Under the pieces are notes generated by a model. That model saw only the letters and a program-made list of their open reading frames with translations, had not been told where the DNA came from and did not search any database. A stretch of 64,000 nt of DNA, from positions 6,386,001 through 6,450,000 of the forward strand of contig OZ004609.1 of the NCBI GenBank assembly GCA_963924565.1, written 5' to 3'. The translations under genes were made by a program, and so were the position numbers. The DNA is from Ascidiella aspersa (taxonomy: Eukaryota). The stretch's first letter is position 1. Each line of letters starts with the position of its first letter. This document shows, one piece after another, positions 14,761 through 27,218 of the stretch.

Positions 14761-15995
14761 TATGCTACTATACTGTCTCAATGTCACTGCAATAGGCCGT
14801 TCTTTTGCGGTCAAGTTGTATACAGCCCAGTGTGGCTGGTTTGTTCGCTTGGTCGTCCATGTGTCAGGCATTTTTCGTGATATTTGACTAGTTTTGAAAA
14901 CATTACTGGACATGTTGTGTGCTGGAGTGGGACAGTTTTTTTCTAAATCCCACAATTAAAAAATGGACCTTTCATAACGCTTTGCCATTTAAAATCTGAC
15001 CTATTTTAGGAAAAGGTCGCCTCTAGGATTGCTGGTCAGACTTGCCTTACAGTAGAGAAAGACAAGGACACAACTTAATCGATCAATAAATTATGTTTAA
15101 AACCTATTTTTTTTATATTTCCAATTGATCTTGGATACCATTAAATTTCGTTAGTGGCAAAAAAGCCAAACGTGATCATTACCACATTTTAATGGCCTGC
15201 GAGCGATACTCAGGCTCCTTACAAAATAAATAATCGTATAAATAACTGAATTGTTTCGAATTTATCAACTAATCTTTGTCGCCACCTAACGACAAACATA
15301 CGATATTTGTTTCTTTAAATAACCAAATATTACTGCAAGTTTTTCGAAATCTATTGCGCACTTCCTAAGAACAATATAAATATATGTTAAAATGAATTTT
15401 ACCAAACCAAAAGTGACGAGAGGGAAACGGCACGTAACCTTGAAGCTAAAATAAAACTACAAATTACACAAAACGGAACGCGAAAAAGCAAGGCAAGCTT
15501 CGAAGTCGTGTTAAACCAAGTAAACACAGCAACATAAATGATACTCTGCGTAAGAATAGATTGCAACAGGTATCCGTATCCCACGGTACGTTTGGAATAT
15601 ATAGTTCTAAATAACAAATCGAAAGCAGGCGTAACGCGTAAAACGTAAAACGTCATTGGAATATCCTTTAAACGCATCCTGTGGGCGTTGAAAGGTAAGC
15701 AAGCAACAAATTGATTTTATTCCCAGAACAAATGGTTAGCACAGCTGGCCACTATTTGTTGTGGTTTTGCCGCTCACGTAATTGTGCCGCGTTACCAGGG
15801 AATTAATTATAGATGCACAGGTATAGTCTTGTATGCGCACGCCATTACTTAAGATCTTTTGTGCTAGATTTCTTTCATTTTACTCAGAATGTCCCTTGAC
15901 GTAACGTATACATAAAAAGGTGCAAATTAACGGTTACGAAAAGTATACAAAATACATATCATTATTTTGTTATAGATTGATGGTCTTGTGTAACT

Positions 15996-16302
15996 CAGTG
16001 TTTCGCAACCTTTGTGGCTTACGGCACCCTACAGAAATTATAAATAATTTGCGGCACCATTGCTCGTATTTTTGCTGAGCTAAAGGTAATGTTACAATAC
16101 ACCAGATTGAAACAGCACATTAACTGTGCAACAACGTTGAAAAAACCTTTTTAATTGATTTTTTAATTATATTAAAATTGTGCCAAGCAGCGTACGAATA
16201 GAGCAAAAATTAGATTCGTGAAGAATTTAAAATATATCTTGGCACCCTTGCGGGTAAAAAATATTCCCTAGAGTGCCGCGGCATCCCATTTGAGAACCAC
16301 TG
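15996..16302. mobile_element. Non-autonomous hAT-type MITE
   Basis: TIRs CAGTGTTTCGCAA / TTGAGAACCACTG with internal (C)GGCACC subterminal motifs; TSD degenerate. Confidence 0.65.
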
Positions 16303-19300
16303 GTGAACTAAAAGCGAAGAGTTGTATAAATAAGTCTATGGTACTTAATTGTAACAATAAGAAAAATAAAAAAGTGTTTTAAGGGTTTACCAGTACTTTG
16401 TACAGCACATACATATCTGTAGTTAATATTACTCTTTTTACACAGTTTTCTTATACCAATGGGTGTTGCAATTGGGAAACACAAAATCCACATCAAACTT
16501 GAACGTAACGTCAAATCAGCATTCGTCACATTGACCGATAAACGCTTCCGATCCTTGTTGAAAGGTAAGCAAGCGAATGAATCGAATCCTATTTTCAGCA
16601 GCATATCGGAAGGCACAACAGCTGGCGGTTATTTGTTGTGCTTTCGCCGCTCGCCTTTATTTCTGCTGCGCAAACGTCCGAAGGGATGTTTTCGTCTGCG
16701 AAGCGCGAAGTTCGCGAGGACGGAAGTGAAGCTTCGAGGCCAAAACATTAACCGCGCGGGAAAATAGCGCACGAAATCCCGCGTCGGCAAAACACGACGA
16801 GTGGGTCTTTCGATTAACGATAATAAGCTGTTTCAGCCGCTTCCTTCGAAGTCAAATACCAAACATCCTCAGCGACGTCGAGCGCGCTGTATAGATATTG
16901 TTAGAGGTGTCTGATAATTCAGGGTCGTAGCCGCTTTCCCTACCAATTCGTAGTATCAAGGTACTTCTCCGATACAAGGATGGCATGGGTGCTTATCAGA
17001 CACCAAATTGAATTAATCTATTCAGTCACGGTTTGTGATCTAAATGAGCACCTTTAAACGGTATGCAAAAGTATATTTCTAAGTGCATGATACCAGTAAA
17101 AGGCACATATGTTACTGGGAGCTTAAGCCATTTGTTTCATAACAACCCGAATTAATGACGCTTGTATGTTTTAAAATATCAATTTCGATATTCTCAGTAA
17201 CTAATGTCTTAATTTGCTATTGGATCGTCCGAATTTAGTCTGAAATACCGGATACTGGTATGGCAATCAATTCCTGTATGTGATATCAATGATGCGTTTA
17301 TTAGTCCAAGAACACGAGATTGACTTTGGACTAACAAATGGACATAACACAGCTGGTTCTGTTTGTTATGTTACAAATATAAACTCAGATTAAACAAAAA
17401 ACATGGTATTGATTAAAAATATATATGGATTGTAACCATTTATTCACTGGCAAGAAGATTCAAATCACACGTACTCGACGTGTACCCTTTTTAAGTCGTA
17501 AGTTCAACCAGACATTTCTACACAGTAGAGGTTAAGGAGATTACATAATAGAGGTTTAGAATCTACATGACCAAGGGAGTTGCTGTGAGCATAAACGCTT
17601 TGTCTGTCGAAATGCTAACACAAAATATTGGGTTCTTCTATTCTTGAAGCGCTAAATGAGCATCATCCTCTTCTATAATTTGCGAACGGCAAAGCGTGCT
17701 TACAAAGCAAAGCCAAAAGCCATTTGAACCCCGACACCACAAGGGCTTGTGACCAGGTGTTGTAGATCCCAGCAGCGTCCGACGAATTTCGACTTGAAAA
17801 TCCAATCTTGCCCCGCTGAAGCTTGCCGTGACGTTTGCGAACGACGCAAAGCTATGGAAAGGTTACCAGCCGTAACACGATAGGCTTGGTGATTCGTCCC
17901 TAGGGACGCACGCCGCTTACATATCCGCTCTATGTTGGGTCGTTACGTCACCACCGCTTTGGGCAACGTCATCCGAGCTCCCTAAAAATAAATCGAGACG
18001 AAAATAGGAAAATCAACGATAAAGGGAATGAAGGCGAAAATAAATCTTTGGCTACTCATATGAATAATTGGGATCGATACTGTTTTCTGCACTGATTTTA
18101 ATTTAATAAGGTCATCTTGTTTCTACTAGCGTTTCGTATTGAGTGGGTATGTTTTAGTTATTCACTGTTGCCCATACGTTCAACTCTGTAGAGATAACAG
18201 TTTTGACCGAATCTGACTAGCAAAATGTTTCACAAGACACATGCAGTATCAAACATATCAAAATTAAAGGAAATATTAATAACAACACAAAATTGTCCTT
18301 TTAATAACGTTTACCTATCTATTATTTATTTTCAACGAACCTTTACTGTTTTTTAAACGTATGCGAAAAACAGAAATGATTTTACTGAGGTAATACTAAA
18401 AATTAGTTTCGCGTTTTGATTTCGCTAGTTATTATGAGACACGCGTAGCCAGAATTATCAAAAGGAGAATATATAAAACTTTAAAATACGAACAAGAAAA
18501 CTGGAAAATTAAAAAAAATATGAACAGAGGCAATTGCAACTTAGTAGGCCTAAAACTGATAGAGAATATGTTGTTTAGTTTAAAACTTTTAAACATATTT
18601 GAAAAATTCACCAAAATCATACACTTTTGTTTAAGTTTCTAAATGGACTTTACATCTTAAGCAGTTAATTGTGCTGTTTAGCAGTTTTTATTAAATGTCG
18701 TAATAATCATCTACAAGAGGCCTGTACAACATACGACAAACGGCCCGCGTGTTTAATTACATTTTTCGGTTACTTCAGTACTTCTCTTTTCAATCTTGCT
18801 GTTTTTTGTGTATTGCGCGATGACACATAATTGCTGTGGAATGATCCGCGAAAACAACAAAGCCAATAGTTTAATCATAGGCCATTTCAGCTTTGAGCAA
18901 ACTCTTTTAACTCGCGGATGCATTGCAAATTCAGCAATTTTATAAATGGCCGCATAGATTGGATTAACTTGTCGACTTTTTGCCACGCCAGAGGTCCGTT
19001 TTGGGGCCCATAACGCCGGCAGTTTGGGAAAAAATCCAGGAGGCAACCAGATAATGCTCCCTTCCAAACTATATTTTTACCCTAACTTATGTAATCACAA
19101 AATATAAATTAAAACAATATACTTCAAGAATCTCTAAAGATGCGAGTACAGTCATGCGCCATTAGTAACAAATATATTCATCCTTACTCAGCACGAACGC
19201 GAATCCGGTTTGAATCCTTTCCTCCTCGTCGTGAGCTTTGTTTTTCCTCTTTATTTTCCTTTTTCTCATTTTGCTCCTATAGAGGAGTGAGAGGAGCACG

Positions 19301-19435
19301 GAGAGAAAAACGAGAAAGGTGACGCCGCACACCACTCCAACCGTTATGAAAACGACAGTGTGGTGCGACTCTGAACGAAAAATAATGTCTTTTATTATCG
19401 CATGCAAGTTAGTCCTAACCATACTCTAGTTAAAG

Positions 19436-19776
19436 CAGGGGTTCTTAAATTGGGGTCCATGGACCCCTTGGGGGTCCGTAAACTAGTTTTAGGGGGTCCA
19501 TGAAAACCAAATTAAAATATTAGTATATATTTAAGAAGTAATAAATTTATCAAAGTAAACGGTTTAGTTAAAAATAAAACGGTTTTGCACTGAATGCATT
19601 AAGACCCCATCTCACTTTCACATTTTTGGAGCGAAATCAGCAGATTTCTGAAGTCTATTTGTATTGTGACGTAAATTTCTGACGACATTCATTCTTGATT
19701 TTTTTGCCTACTGTGGTCCACGCGAGGCCAAAAAAGATTTTAAGGGTCCGCGGCAAAAAAAATTTAAGAACCTCGG
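19436..19776. mobile_element. Non-autonomous hAT-type MITE
   Basis: TIR CAGGGGTTCTTAAAT / ATTTAAGAACCTCGG; repeated GGGGTCC subterminal motifs; near-TSD agttaaag / agttaagg. Confidence 0.75.
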
Positions 19777-21385
19777 AGTTAAGGGTTGGCCAGCGCATAG
19801 TGCACAATTACAAGTGAAACAATGTTACCATGGATATCGCAACAAAACACATGCATATATGGAAAAAAATATATAGTGTGACGTAATAAGAATATCAAAG
19901 CCCATACAGAAGTAGGTATCATTTTGAACGTCTTTACTACAACCTCCAACCATTACGCTCCAAAATACATAGTGTAATTTTATAAAAAAATTGCAATGTA
20001 AATTTGGGTAACCCTAAATGTGAAGTGAGTTTAATCAAGATTAAACTATATTTAAAACACAGAACAAATCAAAATATCGATAAAGTGAGTTAAGTTTAAC
20101 TTGTTTTTTTGCAAAATTACCTTGTTTACAAATGCCACATCCTATTGTTGCACCGAATATTTATCGTTTGTGTGTGCGTTATTGTTTCTCAGTTTTATCG
20201 TTTGTACGTGTGTTTTCGTTTTCCTCTTTCTTTCTCACTCACGTAAATTATATCGCTTTTCCACATTTGCACCTCACCCTTCACGCTTTTTTATGCACCT
20301 CACCTTTCACGCTTTCTCACGTTTTATGTTGGCATAATAGTTACGTTTGACACGCACACCTTTTTTTCTCGCGTTGTTGTAAATGGCGAAATCCAATGTG
20401 GGCAGTCGCGTTTTGGGCTAGCTTGAGATCATTATATTAACCCTGGGAATTAACGTTTATGTGACCTTTTTAGGCGTTGGCCGCTTTTCGTTGTTTTGAG
20501 TTTTTTTAATTTTTTACTTGTCGTTCATTTTAATACAACTAAAATACACACTCTGTAGCGCTTGGCAGTCAAGAGGCCGTTAAGTAGAGTTCTGGACTAG
20601 TTTGGTGTAACACTATATCCATATTATGTTTTGTTTTTTTCGTAGGAAGCGCTTCACAGTTTTGAGTAAGACCCATGTAAACAAATTAACAAACATGAGC
20701 TATCGATTATGCCCAAACTGTCATACTTCTAATGTCAAAGAGAGGGCAAATGTTTATGGAGTATATATGACGTAAAATTAAAAATGGGGCAAGGGGAACA
20801 ACCGTGGCCACCCTTGTTCTGGCAGTTTATAGCGAAAGGATCGAATGACAGCAACATTTTTGCGAGGTTATAAAGGCCTAAAGAAGCTTCGTCCGTGAAA
20901 CCTAAAGTGTCGAGTATTTTTGAAGAATTGTGCATATAATGCTGTCGCATTTTAATTCGTCCGTTGCTTTCTTGTTGTGTAATGTTAGCTTGGGATTGGT
21001 AAATCTTATTTTCTTTAAATAAGGTAAATCTCAATTTTAAATAGTAGGGGCAAACAGTTTGTTTTAGTTCCACCAAAAATCAATTCGATACAATCTTGTA
21101 TAATTTCGAGTTAAAAAGATATTAGGTGATCTTGCTTGATTACTTTGTGATTTGCCTTGCTTAACCAAGTCGATAAAAATATTGCACGCTATAAAAAAAT
21201 AATTATGAAAAAAATTACAAAATTTTACTGAAATTATAGGGTAAAAAAGATATGTTAAAAAGATATTCCGTCCCTTAATTGAACTTCACAGAAATTCTGC
21301 TGATAACACTCAAAACTCACGCAAAGTGTGCAAAGCGAGATTGCGCAGTACGTGACGTATTTATGACGTAATCGCATTTGTTCAA

Positions 21386-24300
21386 CTATTTGCTTTTTTC
21401 CCAGCGTACGTAACCGCAACACTTTTCTCGATGCAAAACTCTTTTTAAAAACTCCTTATTATATCCACCTTTCTTCGTACGGGCGAACTCTAATGCTTCG
21501 TCGATATCTGAAGTGTTGGTTTTCCGTTTCGCATCAACTCCAAAGATAAACTTGAAGGGCAGCAACGGGCCAATGCCGAGCGTGTAGTTTTGACCGTTTT
21601 TTGGGGTCGTCCTGTCAATCACGCCGATCGCTGCTCTCTGGCGCCAGTCACCGCCCGGTGTCAGACACTGAGCACAAAAATAAGAGTTTTTAATTTCACA
21701 TCGTTCCTCAGATCGCTTGAAATGACAATATTGCGTATCTGTTTGGTAGCGACTTTTTAAATAAACTATTGTGACGGTAGCGAAATACATCAGGTGCGGT
21801 AACGAATAAAGAATATGTAACCCAGATTTTAAAGCCTTTTTTACCTTTTATAAAAAAAAGCTTTGAATTTTTAACAACATTCCCCAGTTCGCTTTGAAAT
21901 GACGATTTTACGTATCTGTTAACTATTGTGACTACAAACTAAAGAAAGAATGAAAAGCATTTTCTACAACATACTGAAAGCATCTTAATAAACACAGCGC
22001 CGTTTGAATGGATGTAAAAATATTCTATAAACATTTTGCGCTTTGAACTTTTAACAATCAAAATGTATCAAAACGTCTGGCAATGGAATTTTTCCCACTT
22101 TATTTTTAAATACAAACACCACGAATATTCTTAAAAAACCTAACTTTTTTAAGGTTACGAAGCAAAACAACGGCGATGATTTTGGAACAGACACCTATAG
22201 GCCATCCGGCAAATCACAGTATATTAGAAGGGATAGATCAGTAATCAGTACAGTTCTCAAAACTAACAGGATAGAAACTTCTAATATTTATGCTCCGAAA
22301 TGGGTGGTAAAGATCACAGTCAAAGTACCAATTTTAAGTACATCTGAAAAACATCTAATATTGGTACAACTGTGTTTACAATATTACAACAAGCAACGGT
22401 CCCATACCGTGTATTGAGCAAAAACCTTGTCCAATAATATAACTGTTAGTTTGTGCCCGCAAATGCAAGCACATTATTAAAAAAAAAATCTTTAAATGGT
22501 TTTGAGGCAGTTTAAGCATTAACATGTAATACTTCAAAAAATAGTGTGGTACATTTTTATTATGAGTAAAAATAGGTGACGAACAAACAGTAAAAAAAGA
22601 ATAATATCCAAAAATAATTTAGGTAAAATTGGTTTTACAAAATTAAATCAATTGTTTGCATTTCCGGTAGGTAGCGGTGTAGCTACGGTTTCAAGTTGGG
22701 GTTACTATAGGTCAGTTTGTGTTGTTATTGCGGCATGTTAAGTAATTTGTACATAAAGACAGCGCTGGTAACAATATGGCGCTAATAATGCACGAGAATA
22801 TCTAAAATAAGCGAAAAACAAGGATATAAATAATGTTCTTTGTCAAACTTGCTAGGGGAGGGCAAAGTTTTAGTTTAAATGGCGACAACTGGAGGCCGCG
22901 AGGTCGTGTAATTGGTGTTCTTCTACGAACCACTTGGGCTTAGAGAAAAAGTGTGCTTATAAACTAAAAAAACACCTCGCACCTTTTTCCAGCCTATTTT
23001 CCACTCGGGCGAGCGTTCCGGGCAATAGACAACTTGACAGAAGATGTAGATTCTCTGCTGCGACATGTTCGACCATTTGAACATCTGGAATTGCCACACA
23101 ACCGACTGCTCAGTCGATCCATTAAGAATTTTCACCGTTGGGTCGTTTTGTACAGGACGCCTTGAAATATAAAAAAACACTGTCTGAAATTTGGTGATAT
23201 TTTTTTTACATTGGGTTGGCAAGAAATTAAAAGTGTGCGGGGTTACTTAATATATTATTCAGGCGCAAGTATTTACAGTGTTTTGCCGTGAAATTTTCTT
23301 GAAGTAGCTAATGAAAGTTAATATTTAAGGGTGTTTTTTTGATAAACGGCTAAAAACGTTTAACTTTTTGAGCAGATAAGCACTTTAGCCTGAAGGAATG
23401 CATACCTCAGGTTGAAAGAATGTGAATTTAAATTTTAAGGAAAAGTAGTTTAAATCCGAAAATCGCAATATTTGATGGTTTGTATGACATTAATTAGGAA
23501 TTACACAGCTCTATGTTATGTTTTTCTTTAAGTAACCTCACCCGTCCTGAATGAAATGGTGAATTCCTTTTCTGTGTTCAGCTCTCGGGGTATAGCTTGC
23601 GAAACACCAGTCTGCAAAAACATGACCGGATGCCTTCAGATCATTTGTTCCCATCTGGATATAGAGAAACTGGCCGACCTAAAACGTCAGCTCATTAATT
23701 TGGAATGTATCATTTTTTTTTTTTTTTTTTTTTTTGCACTAAGTTTTGCCATATCACATTTTCGGAGTAAAATATTTTGCGACATTTTCTGCAATGGAAT
23801 TGTCCATATATGGCGTCGAAATAGGCTGTCGCATATTTTGCAACAAAGCATAATACTTGATAATACAGTCATATAAAAAAATATGCAAATTACATTACAA
23901 ATTTGCAGATTTTCAAGTCTACAAAAAATCGTGAATATCAGTAAAATTTAACCTAATTTGGATGTTTTTAGCTTATTTAATATTAGAGATATTATGAAAA
24001 CCATTAACCCTGTTAGTGATTGCAATTTAAGAATGATGAATCAAAAATAAACGAAAAGTGTTTTTGACCTGAAATATAACTACACATTCTTATATTACCT
24101 AAACTTTACCTACCGGAACGTTGACAATGTCGTCCAGGGGAATTCTGTCATTTAGCTCCTGATCTCTATAGAGGCTTATTCTCATCGTAGGGAAATCACC
24201 GACCAGTCGTTCTCTAAGACATACAACGCCAAAAAAAAACATGACGAGGAAACCATTAAAAAACAACATTCGTTGAAAAATTAATAGCAATACTAAATTT

Positions 24301-26533
24301 TTAGGTTAACATAATTCCTTTTAAAGAATGGTCCTACGTTCGCCTTATAGTTTCTCTGCTTTGCATTAAAGTATTTCCTTATTAGAAAATGTTTTTCTGC
24401 GCTTTGTGTTCGTTACAACAAAACACTAGAGCACTGCAAAGTTATGTTTGAAAATAACACTAAAAACAATAAAATAAAACAGAACGAAAGATTGAAAATG
24501 GTCGGCAGAAACGAAAACGCCGACAAAAACAGATGCACTAAAAAACAAATCATTTCGGGCCAATGGTTGGCAGAACATTATGCTATACACGCCTATTTGT
24601 AATGAGCGCTTTTCGCGTGTGATGCTGCAATAGGTTGTCTGGATTTGTACTTGAAAAATCAAAAGCTATACAGTAATTTTATTTTATAGGAAAGCACCGT
24701 GACCGTTAAGTGTTGGTTGAAATAATTATTCAAATGATATGTTTTGTGTCTTGATTTTGCCATTTCAAATGACCACGGTTTCATTTGCATTTGAGTCGGT
24801 AAATAACAAACCCGGGGTTCGATCATTTTTCAGTAAATCTGTAATTAACCAGAGTCGTTGCTCAGTCAAAGTTTCTGTAGGAATTAGCAATAAAGTTACC
24901 GGTAGCAGTACGGCAGAGTTGGGAAGCCAACATTGTTGTGAAGCACGCAGCTGACATTGTAAAGCACAACTGTCGAACCGGATTCATCCAGGTATGTCAC
25001 TTGGTTTTCGTAATAGGAGAACTCGCCCCTTTTCTGTGAATCGGTTGAATTTAAATAAAAGCTATTATCAAATAAAATATAAACCGAAATCAGCTTGGAG
25101 TTGAAATAACGATTTATATGAAATTTTGATGTTTTCCTGTAAGATTACACAGTCAACTCCAGGTCACAGACCTAACATACTTACAAAGAAAATTTGGATA
25201 CGCTGTTTACTTTGATGTGTGTGATCTTTGGGAAAAATCCAATTACCTTTCAAATGTACAACAACACGACTAATTAGATAAAAAAACACGAAAAATGTTC
25301 TCTTAAAGAAGATGACCGCATGAAAACTATATGTAAGGGACGGCTAGGCAAAACTTAGCCTGTTTTGTGATTTGAACTCGCGGCCTCTGGAAACCTGAAG
25401 AGCTCTTTCTAAAGGACATAATCGCGGTTTTACAGTCGTTAAAGCGGAGTTGAAACCAATCTAATGATTAAGGCATCAATAATGTTGTTATTCAGATAGT
25501 TTGTACCGATTATTTGATTGTTTTAGTGTTCAGCTAGCTGAGAACCATTTGAGATCTACTTCAGTTCAGCCTCGTAAATTGAAACTGAGTTTTTTGTCTT
25601 CTTAAACTTAAATACCTTGTTTGCCAGGTTATTTGGTATGGATTATTTTTTACGGAAAACTATACCTTCACAATGCTTCCGCAATTTCCCTTGGGCTTTA
25701 GTTTGAAGGTGAGTGACACACGATCTCCTGACATCCTAAGAGGTCCGCATTCTCTAGAGGATCTGTCCCTCAACCAAAACTGTCTTCCTTTATTGAAGTC
25801 AACCGTCTTGATAATGACTTTGCCAGATTGGCCGTCACATGAAAAATCCGGCTTCTCGCAGTCAGCTATATAGAAATAAATTGGCTATAATATATCTGAA
25901 TATATTCTAACCACTTTAAGTTTACCATGCACCTATTGAAATAAAGTCATACAATTTGAGAGTAGGAGTGTCCTTTATTGTAGGATCGAAGGTGATACCT
26001 GATGCTAAATGATATATCGGCATCTAATAAAAACAATGGGTAAATCGATTCTGATACAAAAATTTTTAAAGCAAGAATTTGAGCCAGGTTTGTTCCAAGT
26101 TCTGGGAGACAGTTTTTCAAAAATTAAAAAGTATTTTTTTAGGGAATCGCACGTTATTATTTGCTTAAAAACCTAGTTAACAACGTTTCAATTTGATAAA
26201 ATATTACCACGGTAATTTTGTTTAATTTTGTATTTATTATAGGATTAGCACCGATGCCAACCTTGTAACACAATATTACCGATGCTTGAACTTGGTATCA
26301 GGCATCATATCCGATTCGATAATATTGGACATCCCTGTATTAATTATAGCCGCATTATTATGTAGTCAATCACGACGTCTAATTACTAAAACAAAATTAA
26401 ATAATTAAATTTAGTTGTTTGCCGATCGTAAATAGGTTAAGACACTCCTAAATAAACAATGTTACTTACCCGCGAAGGCCGGAGCTGTGTGACTGAAAAG
26501 GCAAAGTACAACAGCAAAATAGCATAAAATCAT
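21386..26533 (-). CDS. Secreted zona pellucida (ZP) module protein, 7 exons, ~364 aa
   Basis: Minus-strand exons: 26533-26470, 25865-25666, 25033-24900, 24213-24114, 23678-23542, 23160-22983, 21667-21386. All introns are GT-AG and phase-compatible (1095 nt total). Translation: signal peptide MILCYFAVVLCLFSHTAPAFA; ZP-N with 4 Cys (FSCD, RECG, NCGS, VSCV) and YYENQV; ZP-C GDFPTMRISLYRD..VPVGQFLYI..DWCFAS..FIQDG..DPTV..WQFQMFKW..IYIFCQVVYC; then RQRA and an EHP-like TLGIGPL. No C-terminal transmembrane helix. Confidence 0.88.
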
Positions 26534-26928
26534 TACAACTTCTTAACGCATCGTAAAGAACTAATGCAAAACTAAACGACAACCAGAAAAGTCTCATACA
26601 CCTAAACTTTAGAACTGTGTTAAAGAAATCTAAAAATAACCGCGAAACGGCAATTGTATGTACAATATTTTGTTGAATAACGTAGGGCTGCAATATAAAG
26701 CGATTACCTAGCGTTTAACGTGTGTAGTGGTTTAAACGTAGTCCAACTGACTGGCGTATGACCGCCCGAGGCAAGAAACCTGCTGTACAGACACAACCAC
26801 GTTGTTTATGATGCTGTCTCGGATAGTTTTAATTTCCGATTGCTGGCTGTTGTGCGGTAATTTGCTAATTTCAAGAAAAACCGAGAGTCGTGGACAACTA
26901 TGCAAACAATCAACCCGATGGTTTAAAG

Positions 26929-27218
26929 CAGGGGTAGCCAACACGTCGATCGCCACATTTCTCCAGGTCGATCGCGTCGAATATGTGTCATTACAGTAGC
27001 TCGCACACAAGCGGAACATTAAAATGAACAATTGTTTTGTGGACCTAATAAAGCTTTCTTTGACGTAACGAATTAACCTTCGTTGCTATCTCGGAAAGCA
27101 ATTAACGCTCAAAATGTTTAACAAGTGTTCTTGTGACTTTTTACACAACCAGTCGATCGGAAGTCTCTAAAAAATATATTTTAGTCGATCGCAATCAAAC
27201 ATAAGTTGGCTACACTCG
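26929..27218. mobile_element. Non-autonomous hAT-type MITE ~400 bp upstream of the ZP start codon
   Basis: TIR CAGGGGTAGCCAAC / GTTGGCTACACTCG; GTCGATCG subterminal repeats; near-TSD gtttaaag / gttaaag. Confidence 0.7.
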
